Of a DNA stretch of 64,000 nt, positions 45,932-53,931 are shown in pieces (position 1 is the stretch's first letter; each line of letters begins with the position of its first letter). The DNA lies in the IMG/VR virus record IMGVR_UViG_3300050156_000193, positions 8,450 through 72,449 of that record. One strand, written 5' to 3'. This stretch comes from a virus (taxonomy: Duplodnaviria; Caudoviricetes). The position numbers were made by a program, and so were the translations under genes. The notes under the pieces were generated by a model. That model was not told the origin of the DNA and searched no databases. It saw only the letters and a program-made list of their open reading frames with translations.

Positions 45932-46215
45932 CCCCGACAGGGGTACACACAGGATGGGTGGCGAAGACGCCTACGACCAGAGGCCAACGCATGCGTGACG
46001 CGGGCTACACACGTAGACTAAGCGCCAAGAGCCTGCCGAGCGATGAGTGAATTAACCTGCCCGCTACGCACGGGCCACAGGGGTAATGATGAACAACTTT
46101 GGTGACGAATACCCAAACTCCGGCAGCTCCAAACTGAATACGCCGGTCGACTGGTCGGTTGTATTGGCAGCATTGGCGCTTGTCAGCCTTATATTGCTGG
46201 CGGTGTGGGGCGGGT

Positions 46216-46319
46216 TTACCTTGGTCCTATTTCTATCTAGATGCTAAGTAGAAATAGGTTTAATCTGCTCCCTGGACTAAAGTCCTGGGTTTCACGCGCT
46301 TTGCGCTTATTTTGATGAA
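46216..46319 (+). mobile_element. Orphan right end of an isrB element
   Basis: 95% identical to 45221-45324; includes the last isrB codons and the hairpin (one mismatch); followed by ATGA. Confidence 0.8.
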
Positions 46320-46501
46320 GCCGTTCAAATGCCCCACGTGTAGTAGCCATTACTTTGGCCCGCTCTACGACGGGAAAGAGCACGTTGGGCGCTATTGTAA
46401 AGGGTGGCCCAGAGGGCACGACCGCAGTTATATTGAATGCCCTGGAAAGTACGAAGAACTCTTTGAGTTCACAAACCTTGTAATCACTAAGAGATTTAAC
46501 A

Positions 46502-46957
46502 ATGACCCTCAACACCATCACCTTGCAACAAATCCAAACCGCATACGCCGAACTGGGTGAAATGATCGAGAAGTTCAAGGCCCAGGCCAGTACGCTGTTG
46601 AGCCTGCCGGCGGCAACCATTGAGCTGCGGCCAGGCGAGCGCTATGCCGGCCTGATCTTGGGTACTGACGGCAAGCCCAGCCATCACCTGATCCTGCTGC
46701 CCGGCGAGGCTGAAGACGTGAACTGGAAGAGCGCCCTGGCCTGGGCAGAGAAGGCCGGCGGCGAGCTGCCATCGCGCAATGAACAAGCCCTTCTCTTCGC
46801 CAACCTGAAGAGCGAGTTCAAGGGCGACTGGTACTGGTCTGGTGAGCAGTACTCCGAGTCCTCTACCTTCGGTCAGAACTTCTACGACGGCAGCCAGTAC
46901 TACGGCTACAAGAGCGCTGAGGCCCGCGAGCGGGCTATACGACGTGTTTTCCTGTGA
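46502..46957 (+). CDS. DUF1566/Lcl-like C-type-lectin-fold protein
   Basis: YAGLI...HHLILLPG...W..ALAWA...GELPSR.E..LL...YWS...RAIRR; GC-rich. Confidence 0.7.
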   Translation: MTLNTITLQQIQTAYAELGEMIEKFKAQASTLLSLPAATIELRPGERYAGLILGTDGKPSHHLILLPGEAEDVNWKSALAWAEKAGGELPSRNEQALLFANLKSEFKGDWYWSGEQYSESSTFGQNFYDGSQYYGYKSAEARERAIRRVFL

Positions 46958-46966
46958 GGATGTCGA

Positions 46967-47170
46967 ATGCCAAATATTGACCAAATAAAGCTGACCGTTC
47001 TCACCATGGCAGTGCTATTATCTGGATGCCCGCAGACGGATATTGATGTTGTCGAAAAGTTCTGCGGCGAGCCGATCAGTAAAGTTCAAAGGTTCGATAG
47101 TAGTATGCCTCTTAGCGTCTATGCGACATGCTCAGACGGTAAAAAAGTGAGTTTTAGAAAATCGTTTTAA
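46967..47170 (+). CDS. Small putative lipoprotein
   Basis: Lipobox-like LLSGC after hydrophobic stretch. Confidence 0.5.
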   Translation: MPNIDQIKLTVLTMAVLLSGCPQTDIDVVEKFCGEPISKVQRFDSSMPLSVYATCSDGKKVSFRKSF

Positions 47171-47172
47171 GA

Positions 47173-47403
47173 GTGCCGACAATGACAGCCGACTCCTCCC
47201 ACGAAAAGGTCCCCGTGACTATTGCCGTTGCAGTCAGTGAATCAGGCTTAGTGCGAGTTGCTGTCGCCAATACGCATTGGATTCAACAGGAACGGGAACA
47301 TACTAAGATGCTGGAAGAAATTCGCGGCGACAAACAACTATGGTCGTTGAAGTACATCAATACGACCGTACCCTACCCGATAAGCAAGGAAGATCAACTG
47401 TGA
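47173..47403 (+). CDS. Hypothetical protein
   Basis: In-operon ORF. Confidence 0.4.
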   Translation: MPTMTADSSHEKVPVTIAVAVSESGLVRVAVANTHWIQQEREHTKMLEEIRGDKQLWSLKYINTTVPYPISKEDQL

Positions 47404-47723
47404 CTACTGATATACTTTCCGTTCCCCGGTCAGAACTTCAGGCGCTACGAGAAGCCTTGAACAATCTTATTTCCTGCCGCGAAGAACCCCTTTGCCCAGC
47501 AGTGGAAATAGGACAAGACGCAGTTCTTTTAATAGATGAACTCTTGGTGCGAGAGGACTTGCCTGAGCGCAAGCTTTTCGAACAATGGTACGAAAGTAAC
47601 GCCTTGCCTGCCGAATCGGACTGGTTTAGGCTAGAGGTGGATGGCGATTATTTCCACTCTGACACTGCTGCCGCTTGGGAAGGCTGGTCGGCCAGATCTA
47701 ATCTTTGTTTAGGAAACTTCTAA
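47340..47723 (+). CDS. Hypothetical protein
   Basis: FEQWY...Y....TAAAWEGW motif of a type seen in small phage proteins; start uncertain. Confidence 0.45.
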   Translation: MVVEVHQYDRTLPDKQGRSTVTTDILSVPRSELQALREALNNLISCREEPLCPAVEIGQDAVLLIDELLVREDLPERKLFEQWYESNALPAESDWFRLEVDGDYFHSDTAAAWEGWSARSNLCLGNF

Positions 47724-47725
47724 TC

Positions 47726-48058
47726 ATGACTCAAACCCAGCAACCCTCATTAATTCATGACTGCCCTGAATGTGGCAATGGTTACTTGGCAATTCGCACC
47801 GATATCCACAAAGATAAACGGGAATTCGTCTATTGTGATATCTGCGGTGCCCTGGCCAGTCGAAATCTCTGGCAAAAAGCCTCAGTCGTCTCAGGATATG
47901 TAGACGGCATCAATGTCCAAGCCTTGTCCAAAGCTTTACTCAAACTTGGCTGCGCTTCAGGTGGTCAAGAAGAGGTGGCTGCTAAGCTGAGTGATCACAT
48001 CAACCGGCTTATCCGAGCTGTTGAAGATCTGAACTTTCAACCAGGATCTCAACCGTGA
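47726..48058 (+). CDS. Zn-ribbon protein (Lar-like)
   Basis: CPECG...VYCDICGA; SD AGGA. Confidence 0.5.
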   Translation: MTQTQQPSLIHDCPECGNGYLAIRTDIHKDKREFVYCDICGALASRNLWQKASVVSGYVDGINVQALSKALLKLGCASGGQEEVAAKLSDHINRLIRAVEDLNFQPGSQP

Positions 48059-48208
48059 ATGGACTTTTCGAATTACTGCTACTGGGCCTGTGGGTGGCGG
48101 GAATCGTCCTCGCTTCTGGTGGGTGGACACTCTTAGCTATAGCCTTCCCATTCTATAGTTTCTACCTAGTCGTAGAAAAGCTCTTAACCTTGATGGGTTG
48201 GGTTTAAG

Positions 48209-48418
48209 ATGAAATGTCTTTCCGATCTGGCCTCAGAAGACTTAGATAAAGCCTTCCGGGCACTCCAAGCTTTTCGAAAATCCCAGCAACAACCCGCAGT
48301 CCCCCTAGGCGTTTGCCCGGATTGTAAGGGTGCCGGATTCCTAGGTGGGCAGTTCACTTGCGGGGAAATCCCTTGTGAACTTTGTGCTGGTCGTGGTACA
48401 CTTGCACAAAACCCATAA
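48209..48418 (+). CDS. Small Zn-finger protein
   Basis: CPDCKGAG...CELCAGRG (DnaJ-type CxxCxGxG pair). Confidence 0.5.
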   Translation: MKCLSDLASEDLDKAFRALQAFRKSQQQPAVPLGVCPDCKGAGFLGGQFTCGEIPCELCAGRGTLAQNP

Positions 48419-48419
48419 A

Positions 48420-49262
48420 ATGCCCAAGTTCCTACGAATCACCTCCGATCTGCACTTCGAGTTCAGAGCGAAGTTCAACACCCCGTACTTCGCCAGCGAT
48501 ACTAGCAAGGCCTGCGCAAAGCTCATCCCCCCTGACGAAAAGGACAAGGATTCGATCTTAGTTTTAGCAGGGGACACTACTTGTTACAAGGATCAGTTTC
48601 AAATCTTGCTCCCCATCCTTGCTGAAAGATTTGAGCAAGTCGTCGTTATTCCGGGGAACCATGAACATTACGGTTCCTCTTTAGATAACTGGGAAAGCTG
48701 GCAAGAACAAGTTAGCATCCCGGGAATCACCATTGTTTCTTGTAGGGAAGCATTGACAATTCCTCTGACTGAAAAAGTCAACCTAATAGCTGCCACTCTT
48801 TGGACCAGCTGTGAAAGAGTTCCTCTATTTTCAGGGTTTAATGACTTTAACCAAATCCGGGACCATTCTGTAGAAAGATGTGTTGACCTTTTCAACCATG
48901 CATCTTCTGAGATTGAGAAGTTGTTGATTGAAAACGGAAGGAATGGGGTAACTTCCTTGGTTGCAACTCATCACCTACCTTCGTTTAGTCTTTGTGACCC
49001 TAGGTACACCCCTAGCCTTCTAGACGGGTTCTATGCTTCCAACTTAAACCACCTGCTTTCTGGCGAAAATGCGCCTAAGCTTTGGGTTCACGGGCATAGT
49101 CATGCAATCCAAGATTGCAGGCTGGGGGATAGCTGGATTCTTTGTAACCCCAGCGGGTACCCCAATGAGCTGAAATACAAGAAAGGTAGACATAAGGTTT
49201 TCTGGGATATCGAACTTGGCGAAGTTTGGCAACCAAAAGACTTGACTTCTGCCATAGACTAA
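48420..49262 (+). CDS. Calcineurin-like metallophosphoesterase
   Basis: SDLH, LAGD, PGNHE, THH, HGHSH; probable ATG at 48420. Confidence 0.9.
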   Translation: MPKFLRITSDLHFEFRAKFNTPYFASDTSKACAKLIPPDEKDKDSILVLAGDTTCYKDQFQILLPILAERFEQVVVIPGNHEHYGSSLDNWESWQEQVSIPGITIVSCREALTIPLTEKVNLIAATLWTSCERVPLFSGFNDFNQIRDHSVERCVDLFNHASSEIEKLLIENGRNGVTSLVATHHLPSFSLCDPRYTPSLLDGFYASNLNHLLSGENAPKLWVHGHSHAIQDCRLGDSWILCNPSGYPNELKYKKGRHKVFWDIELGEVWQPKDLTSAID

Positions 49263-49270
49263 GCTATAAT
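49242..49270 (+). promoter_or_regulatory. Host sigma70-type promoter for tRNA cluster
   Basis: TTGACT-N17-TATAAT. Confidence 0.8.
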
Positions 49271-49279
49271 AACGTCTTC

Positions 49280-49355
49280 GCGGTCATAACTCAATTGGTA
49301 GAGTACCTGCCTTCCAAGCAGGATGTTGTCGGTTCGAGCCCGACTGGCCGCTCCA
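49280..49355 (+). tRNA. trnG: tRNA-Gly (UCC)
   Basis: GCGGTCA/TGGCCGC acceptor stem, anticodon TCC, GGTTCGA T-arm, encoded CCA. Confidence 0.95.
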
Positions 49356-49356
49356 T

Positions 49357-49441
49357 CCACAAGTGGCGAAATTGGTAGACGCACCAGGTTTAGGTCCTGA
49401 TGTCGAAAGACGTGAGAGTTCGAGTCTCTCCTTGTGGACCA
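49357..49441 (+). tRNA. trnL: tRNA-Leu (UAG)
   Basis: CCACAAG/CTTGTGG stem, anticodon TAG, long variable arm, CCA. Confidence 0.93.
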
Positions 49442-49448
49442 GTATTTC

Positions 49449-49538
49449 GGAAGAGTAGCCAAGTGGTTTACGGCAGCAGTCTTGAAAACTGCCGGGGTGG
49501 AAACACCTCCGTGGGTTCGAATCCCACCTCTTCCTCCA
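49449..49538 (+). tRNA. trnS: tRNA-Ser (UGA)
   Basis: GGAAGAG/CTCTTCC stem, anticodon TGA, long variable arm, CCA. Confidence 0.93.
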
Positions 49539-49548
49539 CCTCCTCCTA

Positions 49549-49624
<76 letters not shown>

Positions 49625-49660
49625 CCTCCCCACCTCCTAGATCTAGGACCGGAACCTCCC

Positions 49661-49852
49661 GTGAATCCCCTCATCACAAAGTCCGACATTCGGAAAATCC
49701 AGTTCCAAGTTTTCCTACTTTTCTGTACGCTACTATTAGGCCTGTACAGTACAGAACCTACCGTGCGGCATATCTGTTTCGGCGCAACTGGCTGGTTTTT
49801 TTCAATGGCCAGCTATGCTCTGCATAGTCTAAAAGATCGCATCCCTAATTAG
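49661..49852 (+). CDS. Small membrane protein
   Basis: Two hydrophobic segments. Confidence 0.45.
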   Translation: MNPLITKSDIRKIQFQVFLLFCTLLLGLYSTEPTVRHICFGATGWFFSMASYALHSLKDRIPN

Positions 49853-49888
49853 TTGTAAATTCAACATTTTGCAAAAACGTGGTATAAG
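49850..49888 (+). promoter_or_regulatory. Class I phage promoter
   Basis: TAGTTGTAAA-TTCAAC-N17-TATAAG. Confidence 0.8.
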
Positions 49889-49971
49889 AGAATTGTAAAG
49901 AGGATTTATATTCTCATTACATCCACTTCTTAAGCCTGCAGGCTTTCCCCATCGCGCAAAGGAAACGCAAC

Positions 49972-50799
49972 ATGTCCAATTTCAATTCCAACAAGATCCT
50001 GAACCGTATGTTCCGCCGTATCCACGGCCTGGTCTGGGACCTGTCCACTGGTAGCATCGGTGTCAAGACTGAGTCTGGCATTGTCAGCCTGACCCAGGAC
50101 CTCTCGGATTCCGCTGAAGGTGAAGCTCCTACCATCGTGTATGGCACCAGCATCAATCCCTTCGACGGATTCGGTACCCCGATCCCTGCATTTGCCACTC
50201 AGACCGCCCAGGAAAATGTCAAGGACGGTGACCTGATCGTGGGTGACAAGAACATCATCGGCTGGGTCATTGGCCGCACCGCTTCTGCCTTCAAGGTGCT
50301 GGACCACAACGGCAACACCAAGACCTACACCCCTCCGAAGGTTGCCATCATGAACACTCAAGGTGTTCTGGTGGTGCAGAACCTGATGAACCTGGCTGGC
50401 GGCCAGGCTGGTCTCGGTGGTCTGGCAGGAGGTTTGATGCCCCTGCTGATGCTGGGTGGGAGTGAAGACAAGCTGGAGAAGATTCTCCCCATCCTTCTGA
50501 TGCAGCAATCGATGGCTCCAGCTACTGCAGGTGCCGCCCCCGCTGCTAACCCGATGGTAGCCATGATGCCTCTGATGCTGATGAAGCAGCTCTCCGGGGA
50601 AAAGGGTGGCAAGAGCGACATCGACCCGATGATGTTGATGGCCATGTCCGGTGGTCTGGGCGGCGGTGCAGGTGGCATGAACCCGATGATGATGCTTGCC
50701 CTGCTGGGTGAAGGTGGTCTGGACGGTGTGCTGGGTGGCAGCGCCTCCCCCACCCCTCTGCCGGCCCCGGGTATCCCCCCGCTGCAACGTCTGCGGTAA
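49972..50799 (+). CDS. Hypothetical protein with Met/Gly-rich C-terminus
   Basis: SD AAAGGA; strongly C-ending codons; own promoter and terminator. Confidence 0.8.
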   Translation: MSNFNSNKILNRMFRRIHGLVWDLSTGSIGVKTESGIVSLTQDLSDSAEGEAPTIVYGTSINPFDGFGTPIPAFATQTAQENVKDGDLIVGDKNIIGWVIGRTASAFKVLDHNGNTKTYTPPKVAIMNTQGVLVVQNLMNLAGGQAGLGGLAGGLMPLLMLGGSEDKLEKILPILLMQQSMAPATAGAAPAANPMVAMMPLMLMKQLSGEKGGKSDIDPMMLMAMSGGLGGGAGGMNPMMMLALLGEGGLDGVLGGSASPTPLPAPGIPPLQRLR

Positions 50800-50806
50800 C
50801 TCAAAC

Positions 50807-50833
50807 AAAAACCAGGCTTGTCCTGGTTTTTTT
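50807..50833 (+). terminator. Intrinsic terminator
   Basis: AAAAACCAGG-cttgt-CCTGG-T7. Confidence 0.85.
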
Positions 50834-50849
50834 AGCCAACTTTACACCG

Positions 50850-50879
50850 TTCAACAATATGCTTGAATTGTGGTATAAG
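50850..50879 (+). promoter_or_regulatory. Class I phage promoter
   Basis: TTCAAC-N18-TATAAG. Confidence 0.75.
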
Positions 50880-50944
50880 ATTAGTGTAGACAGAAAAGTC
50901 TAAAATAATCAACCACTTAACTAAAATAAAGGACTCTTAGCGTT

Positions 50945-51541
50945 TTGTTCACCAAATCTTTTACCCCTAACTTCTCCAGATTCTTCTGCCCTTTTCGAAA
51001 CTTTCGAGCTTTGCTGGTAGGCGTCCTTGTCTTATTGGCTTGCCCGTTACTGACAATCGGACAAGATCAAATCCCAGCCCCTTCTCAAAGCACTCGCAGC
51101 ACCTACCAAGTTACTTCTGAGTTCATAGAGTACTTGTCAGACAGGTACGGCAGGCCAGCCCACGAAGTCTCTTTTATCGTCAAAGAGGTGCTGAAAGTGG
51201 CTAAAGACGTAGAAGAAGCTGCGACGATCCTTGGGATCATCTCAGTAGAGTCTGCGTTTAACCCTAAAGCTCGGTCTCAAGGGAACGTCGGGTTAATGCA
51301 GGTGAATGCTTCGGTCCATGGGGGCCAGGGATTAGCCGATCCAAAGAAGAACATAGAAAAGGGTGCAGGGATACTTCGAGAGTATCATGCAGGGAACCTT
51401 GAGTACACCTTGGCCTCTTACAACCAAGGTCCGGGAAACGCAAAGAGAATTTGTGCTTCTAAGACTAAGTGTAAAACTAAGTACGTACAGAAGGTACTGG
51501 AGAAACGTAAAGAATTCTTGCCTTTCCTGGCTTCCCTTTGA
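50945..51541 (+). CDS. Soluble lytic transglycosylase (SLT) domain protein, N-terminally anchored
   Basis: IISVESAFNPKA, GLMQVN, ASYNQG. Confidence 0.85.
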   Translation: MFTKSFTPNFSRFFCPFRNFRALLVGVLVLLACPLLTIGQDQIPAPSQSTRSTYQVTSEFIEYLSDRYGRPAHEVSFIVKEVLKVAKDVEEAATILGIISVESAFNPKARSQGNVGLMQVNASVHGGQGLADPKKNIEKGAGILREYHAGNLEYTLASYNQGPGNAKRICASKTKCKTKYVQKVLEKRKEFLPFLASL

Positions 51542-51892
51542 AGGACGACCATGCAGCCTACTATCATTGTACCGCCCCTCTCTTCTGCAAGCATAGACGT
51601 CTTTCGACGCTTGCTCGAAGATTCCAGCTACGCTTCAACTTTCACTTCTGTGGAAAACTACCGCTTGAATCTTCTCAAGCTTCTTAATCTTCTACTGGAG
51701 GATTCCGGTTCAACGACCCCCTAACCTAGGAGCTACCATGCTCTCTTTCATATTCGTCGTGCTGTGCGCCGGCATAGCTGTCCTAAGCCTGTTGGCACTG
51801 TGTCTTATTCTATTCATGAAAGTCTACACGGCCGGTAACTCTGCCTTGGGCGACTTTATCTGTGGTAGTGGGGATCGGCAGGGGGACAACAA

Positions 51893-52270
51893 GTGACTCT
51901 ACATCTCGGAAGCCAAGCACTTGTTACTGATCAGGATCCTTCCCCGAGCTTTGACGCCCCTCTTCAAGGCTCTACCCGAGCCTATACCCATGTACTGGGT
52001 TTTGGAGACCAGGTCTCCTACGTCGTAGTCAAAGATGAGATTGTGTACTGCGTAGACTTGATAGATAATGAGGTCTCAATCGCCCCTGCTATCAAAGCTT
52101 TTGAAGTGCCTCAGTTTGTCCAGAAAGGGTCCTGGATAGAGATTCCTGTCCCGGATGGAACCGAAGCGTTGATCTTGAAGTCCAACCCTTCACAACCCAC
52201 TCTAGGCACCAATCCGGGTGTCCTCAAGAATGTCACAGAAGCCAAACACAAGTCCAGAAAATGGCCCTGA
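51893..52270 (+). CDS. Hypothetical protein
   Basis: GTGA overlap with a small upstream ORF. Confidence 0.5.
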   Translation: MTLHLGSQALVTDQDPSPSFDAPLQGSTRAYTHVLGFGDQVSYVVVKDEIVYCVDLIDNEVSIAPAIKAFEVPQFVQKGSWIEIPVPDGTEALILKSNPSQPTLGTNPGVLKNVTEAKHKSRKWP

Positions 52271-52502
52271 TTTAAATCAGGCAAATCCACCTCCGCCCCC
52301 ACCTCCACCTTCCCCTCCTGAAGTTCTCCGGTCTGCACTCCTCAGCCTTCAACACGCAGCCCTCTTGTCCAGGAATCCAAACATCGACCCTCGCCGGGTC
52401 GTTGCTGTTTATCAAGTTACCGAAGAAGAGGCTCGAAAGCTAGACTTGGCTTGTCTACAGCACCAACTTCCAAAGTTCCCCTGGGAACCCCCACTTTCCT
52501 GA
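52218..52502 (+). CDS. Hypothetical Pro-rich protein
   Basis: In-operon ORF; start uncertain. Confidence 0.4.
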   Translation: MSSRMSQKPNTSPENGPDLNQANPPPPPPPPSPPEVLRSALLSLQHAALLSRNPNIDPRRVVAVYQVTEEEARKLDLACLQHQLPKFPWEPPLS

Positions 52503-52511
52503 AAGACTACC

Positions 52512-53054
52512 ATGCAAGATTTGATTTTCAAAGCCTCCAAGTCCCTAGTTACCTACCCAGAGGAAGACCTGAATGATATCGACTCTCTGGTAGCTAAAAC
52601 CCTGGTTAGCAGCTCAGCTTCTTTGACCGCTCTGAGTCAGGCGGGGATCCAACTTCGTGGTAAAAAGGTAACTGTCAAGAAGCAGGAGGAGCTTGGCCGG
52701 CTAATCAGCAAGATTCTCTATGAGGCCTGTATCCTGATTTCCCTTCTGGATATTGACCCAGAAGGGTTTTCTGTAGGCAACCTAACCGAGCTGTCGGACC
52801 AGTTCTATGAGGAGTACCAGCAAGACAGCGTCATGTGTAGCATGAGCACTCACCGCAGCTACATCTACATCATGGACGTCTACTTCTGCAGCCCTCAAGA
52901 CCTAGAAGACGACCCTCCTGGTGATTTTGAAAACATCGAAGAAGCCTTGGCTTTCATCTTTGCTTCATGTATCATCCTGTGTGAACGCTTTGATCTGGAT
53001 CTGGAGAATATCATCTGGAATGCCGGATTGATCAATCAACCGGAAGCGGAATAG
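52512..53054 (+). CDS. Acidic all-helical protein (possibly MazG-like fold)
   Basis: EELG..I..IL and A..F....LCERFDLDLENII helical pattern; catalytic residues not convincing. Confidence 0.45.
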   Translation: MQDLIFKASKSLVTYPEEDLNDIDSLVAKTLVSSSASLTALSQAGIQLRGKKVTVKKQEELGRLISKILYEACILISLLDIDPEGFSVGNLTELSDQFYEEYQQDSVMCSMSTHRSYIYIMDVYFCSPQDLEDDPPGDFENIEEALAFIFASCIILCERFDLDLENIIWNAGLINQPEAE

Positions 53055-53069
53055 ATACTGCGTTTTCAT

Positions 53070-53105
53070 TTCCGTTTTCTGCAGAAACGTGGTATAAGAA
53101 TAGTA
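53070..53105 (+). promoter_or_regulatory. Class I phage promoter
   Basis: TTCCGT-N17-TATAAG-AATAGTA. Confidence 0.75.
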
Positions 53106-53157
53106 CAGGCAGGTATTTCACTTGCACTAAGAACGGTAATCTCGCCGTTCTTTTTTT
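53106..53157 (+). ncRNA. Candidate ~50-nt two-hairpin small RNA or attenuator
   Basis: Promoter followed by GCAGGT/ACTTGC hairpin and AAGAACGG/CCGTTC-T7 terminator. Confidence 0.4.
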
Positions 53158-53176
53158 AATAAATACAAGGTTTTCC

Positions 53177-53620
53177 ATGGAAATAAAGATTAAGGCCCTA
53201 GTTCCTCACGCAGTCGCTCCTACCTATGCCACTTCTGGAAGCGGGGCGTTTGATCTCTATGCAACTTCAATGTATTCTCAAGTAGACTACAAAGACCCTG
53301 TTATCGTAAACACTGGGTTAGCTTTCGAGATCCCTCAAGATCACGTCATGCTGGTCTTTTCCCGTAGTGGTCATGGCTTCAAGGATGACGTCCGGCTTTC
53401 GAATTGCGTCGGAGTAATCGACTCTGATTATAGAGGGGAAGTAAAGGTGAAACTCACTCGAGACGATAACGTCAATCATACCTCACCCTTTGCAGTCAAG
53501 GCGGGGGATCGAATTGCTCAGGCAATGATTATCAAAATAGACCAAGTGACTTTCACTTGGGTAGATGAACTGTCAAATACTGACCGAGACCTGTCCGGTT
53601 TTGGTAGCACGGGGGTCTGA
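53177..53620 (+). CDS. dut: dUTPase (trimeric)
   Basis: SGAFDL, SRSG, GVIDSDYRGE, GDRIAQ, GFGSTG. Confidence 0.95.
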   Translation: MEIKIKALVPHAVAPTYATSGSGAFDLYATSMYSQVDYKDPVIVNTGLAFEIPQDHVMLVFSRSGHGFKDDVRLSNCVGVIDSDYRGEVKVKLTRDDNVNHTSPFAVKAGDRIAQAMIIKIDQVTFTWVDELSNTDRDLSGFGSTGV

Positions 53621-53622
53621 CC

Positions 53623-53931
53623 ATGGGTGTACTGCTTTCAAGCCTTTCTCCTTCTGAGTTGGAGAGGTTGGCCTACATTAAGAATTGGCCAAATAAGGAT
53701 CTACTCTTTGAGAGTGCCCTACGAGACTCTCGATGGGTACCTGAGCGGGTTGTGGAAGAAGACCTCTTGCACCAACTCAACAGCCATTACCAGGGCCAAA
53801 TTGAGGTTTTGAAACAGCGGGTTTTGTTTCTAGCGACGGAGTCCGAAGTTCTCGGTAGCTATCAAAGAGAAACCACGTTTGTGGAGCAGCTTAAACCCGC
53901 TCCAGAGATCCTCTCCCGGAGGCAGAGTTGA
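53623..53931 (+). CDS. Hypothetical protein
   Basis: In-operon ORF. Confidence 0.5.
   Translation: MGVLLSSLSPSELERLAYIKNWPNKDLLFESALRDSRWVPERVVEEDLLHQLNSHYQGQIEVLKQRVLFLATESEVLGSYQRETTFVEQLKPAPEILSRRQS

Noticed and set aside
46502-46957. Complete diversity-generating retroelement
   Set aside because: No reverse transcriptase, avd gene or template repeat visible in the window
49357-49538. Suppressor tRNAs or genetic-code reassignment
   Set aside because: TAG and TGA here are anticodons (reading CUA and UCA); long genes are uninterrupted in code 11
49930-50808. 292-aa and 148-aa minus-strand ORFs; likewise 8956-9663(+), 9620-10120(+), 4196-4642(-) and many other overlapping ORFs
   Set aside because: Antisense shadows of codon-biased genes that have SD, promoter or domain support on the other strand
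52496-52516. Self-target of the IsrB guide (TGAAAGACTACCATGC)
   Set aside because: Several mismatches in the TAM-proximal seed, and ATGC rather than ATGA; likely just a similar RBS context
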